DNA of 17,635 bases from Bacteroidales bacterium (GTDB taxonomy: Bacteria > Bacteroidota > Bacteroidia > Bacteroidales > UBA12077). Below, in pieces: positions 9,301 to 15,343 of the stretch. The DNA is taken from the NCBI GenBank assembly GCA_028282585.1, contig JANQHR010000173.1:1-17635 (forward strand), given 5' to 3'. The notes under the pieces were generated by a model. It was not told the DNA's origin, ran no database searches, and was given only the letters and a program-made list of their open reading frames with translations. Position 1 is the stretch's first letter, and every line of letters starts with the position of its first letter. Both the position numbers and the translations under genes were made by a program.

Positions 9301-9711
9301 AATTATATTAATAATATTTCAGAAAGAATACGATTATACCGGGAACTTGATAATATTGAACTAGAAGAAAGACTTATTGAATTTGAAAATCAGCTTAAAG
9401 ATCGTTTTGGCAAGGTTCCACCTCAAACTATAGAACTAATGAATGTTGTCCGTTTAAGATGGATGGCTATTAACTTAGGATTTGAGAAAATCATTTTAAA
9501 AAACAAAAAACTCGTTGCTTATTTTATAAATAATCAAGAATCTCTGTATTATCAATCTCCTGTATTCTCTAGCATCTTAAATTTCGTTCAGCAAAATCCT
9601 AAAGGAGTTAAAATGAAAGAAAATAAGGATAAACTTACATTGAGTTTTGATAACATCGAAACCATACAGAATGCATTAGATAAATTTCAAAAAATTACCC
9701 ATATAGGGTAA
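6388..9711 (+). CDS. mfd: Transcription-repair coupling factor
   Basis: 1107 aa, TTG start. UvrB-homology region (GQYSIRGSIIDIFS), RID domain (GDYVVHVDHGIGKF), helicase motifs CGDVGFGKTE, IIDEEQKFG, TATPIPRT and QLRGRVGRS, TRG motif DLDIRGAGNLLG, and a C-terminal TRCF domain. Confidence 0.97.
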   Translation: MELNILNNVFDNHPKVQECVDLITKNERLFLNNLIGSSKSFFISTIINKKKENHLIILPDKETAAYFHNDLSAISKKEVLFFPASYKRSVIYGQEDNANLLLRAETLQSLASKEKQITITYPEAIIEKVINKENLINSTLKLNVGEQVSIDFINEILQEYHFQYVDFVYEPGQYSIRGSIIDIFSFASDDPFRIDFFGDEVDSIRSFDIENQLSKENFDKIAIVPKIVNPNPDNEDFNQTESFLHFFEENSVIWVENLHYVLDKISEIETKLTEQENTDQIILKEDFLENLKQFNVIEFGQKPFLKNTETIFNTSYQPSFNKNFALLGNNILENYHKNYTTYILSDNEKQIERLKEIFNDINPEIRFEPILKTIHEGFIDHDLKVCIYTDHQIFGRYHKFKIKNSLQKKEQITMRELTGLHPGDYVVHVDHGIGKFGGLEKIDISGKTQEAIKLVYKDQDTVYISIHALHKISKYKGKDSEPPKIYKLGSGAWQKLKQTTKSKVKDIAKELIQLYAKRKEQKGFGFSTDTYLQKELESSFIYEDTPDQLSSTNSVKSDMESNTPMDRLICGDVGFGKTEIAIRAAFKAVADSKQVAVLVPTTILALQHFQTFKSRLANFPCSIEYISRLRTRKQQTEIIKNLAVGKTDIIIGTHKLVGKEIQFKDLGLLIIDEEQKFGVSVKEKLKKLKVNVDTLTLTATPIPRTLQFSMMGARDLSIINTPPPNRYPIITELHTFNEDIIKEAIDYEFQRNGQIFFIHNRVQNIAEIEVLINKLCPDVRTVFAHGQMEGQKLEKIMLDFINYEYDVLIATTIIESGLDIPNANTIIINNAQNFGLSDLHQLRGRVGRSNKKAFCYLIAPPLTSVTQDARRRLKAIEEFSELGSGFNIAMQDLDIRGAGNLLGAEQSGFITDIGFETYHRILNEAILELKESSFQELYEQEQKQNVEKQIKQQKFINDCQIDTDLEILLPDNYINNISERIRLYRELDNIELEERLIEFENQLKDRFGKVPPQTIELMNVVRLRWMAINLGFEKIILKNKKLVAYFINNQESLYYQSPVFSSILNFVQQNPKGVKMKENKDKLTLSFDNIETIQNALDKFQKITHIG

Positions 9712-9749
9712 TTAAATATATAATAATCCTATTTTTTAGAATATTTTAA

Positions 9750-9757
9750 TAAATTTG
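9750..9757 (+). promoter_or_regulatory. -7 box of the putative promoter for the coaX-envelope operon
   Basis: TAAATTTG (exact TAnnTTTG) 29 nt upstream of the coaX ATG. No clear -33 box. Confidence 0.5.
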
Positions 9758-9786
9758 TCTTCTGATTCTAACTACCTAATTATTAA

Positions 9787-10518
9787 ATGAATCTTACTAT
9801 TGATATAGGAAATACTAGAAGCAAATTTGCTGTATTTATAAATAATGACATTATAGATAATTTTATTTATAAAAACATATCGATAGATTCGGTACAATCC
9901 ATTATTAATCAATATCCGGAAATTAAAAATACAATATTATCGTCCGTTCGTGTTATGGATGTTAACATCATTAATTATTTAGAAAAATCATTCTCCTATT
10001 TTATTGAACTAGACTCAAATACAAGCCTCCCTATTGAAAATAAATATAAAACAAAAAATACGTTGGGTAAAGATAGAATTGCAACAATTGTGGGTGCAAA
10101 CAATATTTACCCAAATACCAACGTTTTGGTGATTGATATGGGCACTGCGATTACGTATGAATTCTTAAATTCACAAAATCAATATTTAGGAGGTACCATT
10201 TCACCTGGTTTAGAAATGCGTTTCAAAGCTTTAAATCATTATACAGATAAGTTACCTCTTCTAAATAAAAGTGATGATTTTAAATTAATCGCTAACTCCA
10301 CTAAATCAGCCATTATTTCTGGTGTACAGAATGGTATAATACATGAGATTAATGGTTACGTAGAATCATTAAAAAACCATTATGATGACCTGAAAATATT
10401 TTTAACCGGAGGAGATGCTATTTTTTTTGGTAAAAAGCTAAAAAATACCATCTTTGTAAACTTAAATTTAAATCACATTGGATTAAACACAATTTTAGAC
10501 TATAATAAAGAAAAATGA
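9787..10518 (+). CDS. coaX: Type III pantothenate kinase
   Basis: 243 aa with IDIGNTRSK, SSV, TLGKDR, VIDMGTAITY, GGTISPG and LTGGDA. Confidence 0.95.
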   Translation: MNLTIDIGNTRSKFAVFINNDIIDNFIYKNISIDSVQSIINQYPEIKNTILSSVRVMDVNIINYLEKSFSYFIELDSNTSLPIENKYKTKNTLGKDRIATIVGANNIYPNTNVLVIDMGTAITYEFLNSQNQYLGGTISPGLEMRFKALNHYTDKLPLLNKSDDFKLIANSTKSAIISGVQNGIIHEINGYVESLKNHYDDLKIFLTGGDAIFFGKKLKNTIFVNLNLNHIGLNTILDYNKEK

Positions 10519-11816
10519 TTGGGCGATATTTATTAATAATAGTAATTATAATAACAAATTCAACATATTTAATTGGACAGAGTACTACAAACTCACCTTA
10601 TACAATTTTTGGGATTGGAGAAATTGACCGAAATGGATTCAATAATAGTAAAGCCATGGGAGGTCTTTCTACCGGATTAAGAAAGAGTAATCATATAAAC
10701 TATATGAATCCGGCATCAATTAGTGCGCAAGATACAATGTCCTTTATTTTGGATATTGGGATTAGAGGCGTGCTTAAAAATATGAAATCTAATGAAACAA
10801 GTGCTGAATTTAATGATTTTGCATTTGATCATATAGCAATTTCATTTCCAATAAAAAGGTGGTGGTATGCAGCATTTGGAGTAACTCCTTATTCAAAAAT
10901 TGGATACAATATCCAAGAAGTAGGAGAATATTCACCAAATGATACTATTCAAATGCATTATGATTATTATGGTAATGGAGGAATAAATCAACTTTTTATT
11001 AGTAACTCTTTCAAACCATTAAATGGTTTATCGGTTGGGTTTAATATTAACTATTTGTTTGGATCTCTGGAACAATATAATATGATTTTTAATGATATAA
11101 GTCAATATTCCACTGTAATTGTTGATGAAATATCTGTAAAAAAAATAACTTATGATATTGGATTCCAATATTATAAAAAAATATACGAAAATTATTTTTT
11201 CAATATTGGAGCAACTTATTCTAATAACTCTTCGTTAAAATCGGAAAAGAAGAATGCCGTTTTAAATACAACTTATAACTGGTATGATTTAAGTATCGTT
11301 GATTATCTAGAAACCTCTTACAGAAGGGTAGATACAATTAAATCATCAACAGATGAGAACTTTAATGTTGAGGTTCCGGCTAGATTTAGTTTTGGACTAA
11401 CTGCTGGAATTGAGAATAAGTTTATAATTGGATTCGATTACTCATACCAAGACTGGTCGGAGGTAGATGTTATCAACGAAAATGATGTTTATGAAGTTGA
11501 TCAGTACTTTAATTTTGGAGTTGAATATATACCTAATAAATTTTCATTACGCAACTATTATAAAAGAATAAACTATAGAGCTGGTGCTTTTCTGAATAAC
11601 AGTTACTTAAACCTAAATGGAGAACAAATTAATAATTATGGCATAACATTTGGATTAGGTTTCCCGTTGGGTAATCAAAGGACAAGCTTAAATGTTTCAT
11701 ATACCTATGGAAAAAGAGGTACAACCTCAAGTGGATTGATTGAAGAAAATTATTCGTTATTTGGTATTAATATAACATTATACGATTTTTGGTTTATTAA
11801 AAGGAAATTTCAATAA
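10515..11816 (+). CDS. FadL/OmpP1-like outer-membrane beta-barrel protein (candidate BamG-type subunit)
   Basis: Signal peptide ending LIG-Q, N-terminal hatch-like motifs NSPYTIFGIG..AMGG..NYMNPAS, amphipathic aromatic beta-strands throughout, and C-terminal YDFWFIKRKFQ. ATGA overlap with the coaX stop. Confidence 0.75.
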   Translation: MIGRYLLIIVIIITNSTYLIGQSTTNSPYTIFGIGEIDRNGFNNSKAMGGLSTGLRKSNHINYMNPASISAQDTMSFILDIGIRGVLKNMKSNETSAEFNDFAFDHIAISFPIKRWWYAAFGVTPYSKIGYNIQEVGEYSPNDTIQMHYDYYGNGGINQLFISNSFKPLNGLSVGFNINYLFGSLEQYNMIFNDISQYSTVIVDEISVKKITYDIGFQYYKKIYENYFFNIGATYSNNSSLKSEKKNAVLNTTYNWYDLSIVDYLETSYRRVDTIKSSTDENFNVEVPARFSFGLTAGIENKFIIGFDYSYQDWSEVDVINENDVYEVDQYFNFGVEYIPNKFSLRNYYKRINYRAGAFLNNSYLNLNGEQINNYGITFGLGFPLGNQRTSLNVSYTYGKRGTTSSGLIEENYSLFGINITLYDFWFIKRKFQ

Positions 11817-11832
11817 TTAAAAATTTATAAAA

Positions 11833-13176
11833 ATGAAAACATTAGCAAAAGGGATTTTAACAACTTTGATTTTAACACTCACAATAAGTTTTGTGTTTGG
11901 GCAAAAAGGAGTTGAGGATGGTTCGAGATTTGGGCATGGAGAGGATAGTATTCGTTGTATAAAGAATTTATCTTTATATAGAGAATATGCAAGACAAAAA
12001 AATTATGACTTAGCTTTAGATGGTTGGACAATAGTATATACTGAATGTCCAAAGGCAAGTAAATACATCTATATTGATGGTATTAAAATGATTGAAGATG
12101 TTATTAAAAAAGAAAAAGATGCTGTAAAGAAAGAAATACTTGTTGACAGTATGATGAATATTTACGATAAAAGAATTAAATACTTTGGCGAAAAAGGAAA
12201 AGTGCTTGGCTATAAGGGGGTTAGATTTTTGAAATATAAAGAAAATACTGCAGAAAATTTTAAAATCGGATATGACTTATTAAAACAATCTATTGAATTA
12301 GAAAAGACTAAATCAGGTCCTTCTGAGCTTGTTACTTTCATGAGTACTTCCAAGGCTCTTTTTAGTGCAGGCGAAATTGAAGGTGGCCAGGTTGTTTCCG
12401 ATTATGGAATGGTTTCAGAAATTATAGATGCAATTATTGCGAAGGGTGGTAAAAAAGGCGCAAATATGGAAAAAGCAAAACCATCTATTGATCAAACATT
12501 TGAATCTAGTGGAGCAGCAAGTTGCGAAGACTTAATTCCATTTTATGCCAAGAAATTTGAACAAACTCCAGAAGATATTGAATTCCTAAAGAAATCTACA
12601 GCATTGTTAAGGTCAACCAAATGTACTGAAGAAGAATTATTTTTTACATTAGTAGACCAACTAAATAGTTTAGAACCAAATGCTAAATTAGCTTATGAAT
12701 TAGCAAAACTTTCTAATATAAATGAAAAATTAGAAGATGCAGCTAAATATTATAAACAAGCTATTGAGTTGGAAGTTGAAGATGTACAAAAGGCTAAGTA
12801 TTATTTAGAGCTTGGTGATGTAATCCGAAGATTAGGAAATTACTCTCAGGCAAGAACTTATGCATTAAACTCTGCTGAATTAGACGCAACAAGTGGTTAT
12901 CCATATTTATTAATTGGAAACATATATGCTGCTGCAAGTAAGTCATGTGGTGAAGAAGACTTTCAACAAAAAGCAGTTTATTGGGCAGCTGTAGATAAGT
13001 TTATAAAAGCTAAAACTGTAGATGCTGGGTTAACAGAAGATGCTAATAAATTTATCGAAGCTTACAGGCCACATTTCCCAGATAATGAGACAATTTTCTT
13101 TCAAGGATATAAAGAAGGAGATAAATTTACAGTTGGTTGTTGGATAAATGAAGTTACAACAGTTAGAGCAAGATAA
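11833..13176 (+). CDS. Exported tetratricopeptide-repeat protein of unknown function
   Basis: Signal peptide (..SFVFG-Q) and TPR-like helices (LAYELA..AAKYYKQAIEL, YYLELG..LGNYSQARTYALNSAELD, PYLLIGNIYA). C-terminal YWAAVDKF..FP..IFF..VGCWINE block. Confidence 0.8.
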   Translation: MKTLAKGILTTLILTLTISFVFGQKGVEDGSRFGHGEDSIRCIKNLSLYREYARQKNYDLALDGWTIVYTECPKASKYIYIDGIKMIEDVIKKEKDAVKKEILVDSMMNIYDKRIKYFGEKGKVLGYKGVRFLKYKENTAENFKIGYDLLKQSIELEKTKSGPSELVTFMSTSKALFSAGEIEGGQVVSDYGMVSEIIDAIIAKGGKKGANMEKAKPSIDQTFESSGAASCEDLIPFYAKKFEQTPEDIEFLKKSTALLRSTKCTEEELFFTLVDQLNSLEPNAKLAYELAKLSNINEKLEDAAKYYKQAIELEVEDVQKAKYYLELGDVIRRLGNYSQARTYALNSAELDATSGYPYLLIGNIYAAASKSCGEEDFQQKAVYWAAVDKFIKAKTVDAGLTEDANKFIEAYRPHFPDNETIFFQGYKEGDKFTVGCWINEVTTVRAR

Positions 13177-13744
13177 TATTAAAAGAAATTATTCTTTTCA
13201 AAAGATAATAATTCCTGTTTTATTAGGAATTATTATCTTTTTTTCTTCTTGTGAAAGGACTAATATTGAAAAGATAAATGAGATTACGAGTGAGTTAGAC
13301 GCTCCTACCGTTGCTGTAACAAATACCGAAATTATTGTTACAAAAAATGCTTTAATTGAGGTACGAGTAATTTCAAAACAAATTAACCGATATATTAATA
13401 CTGACGAGCCTTACACAGAATTCCCTAAAGGATTATACGTTGAATTCTATGATTCAACCCAGAAAGTTACCTCTTTTATAAAAGCAAATTATTGTATTTA
13501 TGATGAAACTGAGCAGTTATGGACTGCTGAAAATGATGTAGTTTCGGTAAGCGAACAAGGTGACACGTTAAACACCGAATATCTTGTTTGGGATCAAAAA
13601 AGTGCAAAAATATATTCCGACAGATACGTTCGGATAACAAATCAAGATGGGATAATTCATGGTAAAGGATTTGAAGCTAACCAGGATTTATCTAATTGGA
13701 GGATAAAGAAAACCTCCGGGACATTAAGCGTAGAAAATGAATAA
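13148..13744 (+). CDS. lptC: LPS export periplasmic protein LptC
   Basis: N-terminal hydrophobic segment ending FFSS-C, then beta-jellyroll-type sequence EFPKGLYVEFYD, IKANY, GDTLNTEYLVWD, IYSDRYVRI, GKGFEANQD. The start overlaps the TPR gene by 29 nt and is not certain. Confidence 0.85.
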   Translation: MKLQQLEQDNIKRNYSFQKIIIPVLLGIIIFFSSCERTNIEKINEITSELDAPTVAVTNTEIIVTKNALIEVRVISKQINRYINTDEPYTEFPKGLYVEFYDSTQKVTSFIKANYCIYDETEQLWTAENDVVSVSEQGDTLNTEYLVWDQKSAKIYSDRYVRITNQDGIIHGKGFEANQDLSNWRIKKTSGTLSVENE

Positions 13745-13937
13745 AAAAGTAGCGAAAATATTTGAGATCCTATGGTTGATTGTAGCATTGATGTGTATTT
13801 CCGCTGCAATTCACCAAACTATATATGAAGGAATTTCGAAAAGTTATGTCTTTTTTATATTTTCGTTCATAGCATTTATAATGTACTTTTTAAGAAAACA
13901 AATTAGAAAATCAAAAAAAGATAATTCAAATGGATGA
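13737..13937 (+). CDS. Small hypothetical inner-membrane protein with two predicted TM helices
   Basis: 66 aa with a basic N-terminus, two hydrophobic stretches (IFEILWLIVALMCISAAI, YVFFIFSFIAFIMYFL) and a basic tail. It fills the lptC-corC gap exactly, with 8-nt overlaps at both ends. Confidence 0.7.
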   Translation: MNKKVAKIFEILWLIVALMCISAAIHQTIYEGISKSYVFFIFSFIAFIMYFLRKQIRKSKKDNSNG

Positions 13938-15189
13938 TCCCTATATATATGGATTACTATTTTTTCTACTCTTTTTATTCTTAATCCTTAAATCAGCATT
14001 CAGTTCCATTAACCCTTTGCAACTTGAACTTGATAAATCGAAAGTTAATTATCATAAACGTATTTTAAATTTTATAAGTAGAAAAACTACCGAATTTTCT
14101 ATAGCCATTCATATTTGTTTCTTTTTGTGCCTTATCTCATTAGTTTTATTACTAAAAAGTAACATATTTTCATTTTTACAACCAATACATTTATCTCTAT
14201 CTAATTTATTTTATGCGATTATAATTGGTATTTTATTATTCCCCGGATTATTCATTTTGCCTAAAACCCTTGGAGAATATTTTTCAAATGAAATTGTTAA
14301 TTTTTCAGCTATTCCTATAATTATTATCTATATTTTATTATATCCTTTTACAAAGCTCATAATATTGCTATCAAATATTCCCGTTAAATTAATTTATAAG
14401 GAGAACATTAAAGAGAACCAAAAAATAGATTTTAATAAAGAAGATTTAAACAAACTGGTAACTGATAGTCAGAAACACCTGGAAAGTAATGAAGAAGTCG
14501 ATGCAGAAGTAAAATTATTTAAAAATGCACTTGAATTACCTGACGTAAAAATTCGAGAATGCATGATTCCAAGAAATGAAATAACTGCTGTTGAACTAAA
14601 CGATATTAATAGTGAAATAAAATCGAAATTTATTGAAACTGGTTATTCGAAGATATTGATTTATCAGGAAAGTATTGAAAACATAATTGGATTTATTAAA
14701 AGTAAAAGCCTATTTAAATCTAAATTTTCCTTTCAAAATAACATACGAAATGTTAATTATTTTCCAGAATCGATGCCGGCAAATAAACTACTTAGATACT
14801 TTATAAGATCAGGACAAAATATAGCTGTTGTTGTTGATGAATTTGGCGGTACTTCGGGAATTATAACTACAGAGGATATACTGGAAGAAATATTTGGAGA
14901 AATTCAAGATGAACATGATACAGATGACTTATTTGAAAAAAAACTGAATAAAACTGATTTTGTTTTTTCCGGCAGACTGGAAATAGATTATATCAATGAG
15001 AAATATCATTTAAATATTCCAGTAGGCGAAGAATATGAAACTATTGCCGGATTTATTCTTTACCATACCGAAAGTCTACCAAAAGCTAATGAAGAAATTA
15101 AAATTGACTCTTTCAAATTTAAAGTTTTAAAAGTAAGCGATACTCGCCTAGAACTAATAAAAATAGAGTGTACAGACAACCAAGATTGA
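13930..15189 (+). CDS. HlyC/CorC (CNNM/DUF21-CBS-CorC, 'hemolysin family') membrane protein
   Basis: Hydrophobic N-terminal domain with LPK and LLYPF, a CBS pair (MIPRNEI, GYSKILIY, AVVVDEFGGTSGIITTEDILEEIFGEIQDEHD) and a CorC_HlyC domain (FSGRLEIDYINE, YETIAGFIL). Confidence 0.9.
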   Translation: MDDPYIYGLLFFLLFLFLILKSAFSSINPLQLELDKSKVNYHKRILNFISRKTTEFSIAIHICFFLCLISLVLLLKSNIFSFLQPIHLSLSNLFYAIIIGILLFPGLFILPKTLGEYFSNEIVNFSAIPIIIIYILLYPFTKLIILLSNIPVKLIYKENIKENQKIDFNKEDLNKLVTDSQKHLESNEEVDAEVKLFKNALELPDVKIRECMIPRNEITAVELNDINSEIKSKFIETGYSKILIYQESIENIIGFIKSKSLFKSKFSFQNNIRNVNYFPESMPANKLLRYFIRSGQNIAVVVDEFGGTSGIITTEDILEEIFGEIQDEHDTDDLFEKKLNKTDFVFSGRLEIDYINEKYHLNIPVGEEYETIAGFILYHTESLPKANEEIKIDSFKFKVLKVSDTRLELIKIECTDNQD

Positions 15190-15223
15190 TTTTTCTTAAT
15201 AAGTTAAATTAGACCCTAAAAAT

Positions 15224-15309
15224 TTCGAAAACAAAATTTTAAAATACTAACTTTGCAAGTTAATATTTGCTGCTTATTGCAGTTAAAATAATTAAAATTA
15301 GTATATTCG
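15224..15309 (+). promoter_or_regulatory. One or two putative promoters upstream of the ppiD-like gene
   Basis: TTCG (15224-15227), N20, TAACTTTG (15248-15255, exact). A second candidate is ATTG (15276-15279), N22, TATATTCG (15302-15309). Confidence 0.5.
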
Positions 15310-15343
15310 AACCTTTAAAAAATTTTGATAAAATCAATATTCA

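Noticed and set aside
13930-15189. 'Hemolysin' as a virulence factor, or the gldE gene symbol
   Set aside because: The family name is historical and the domains are CNNM-CBS-CorC. GldE orthology cannot be established from the sequence alone.
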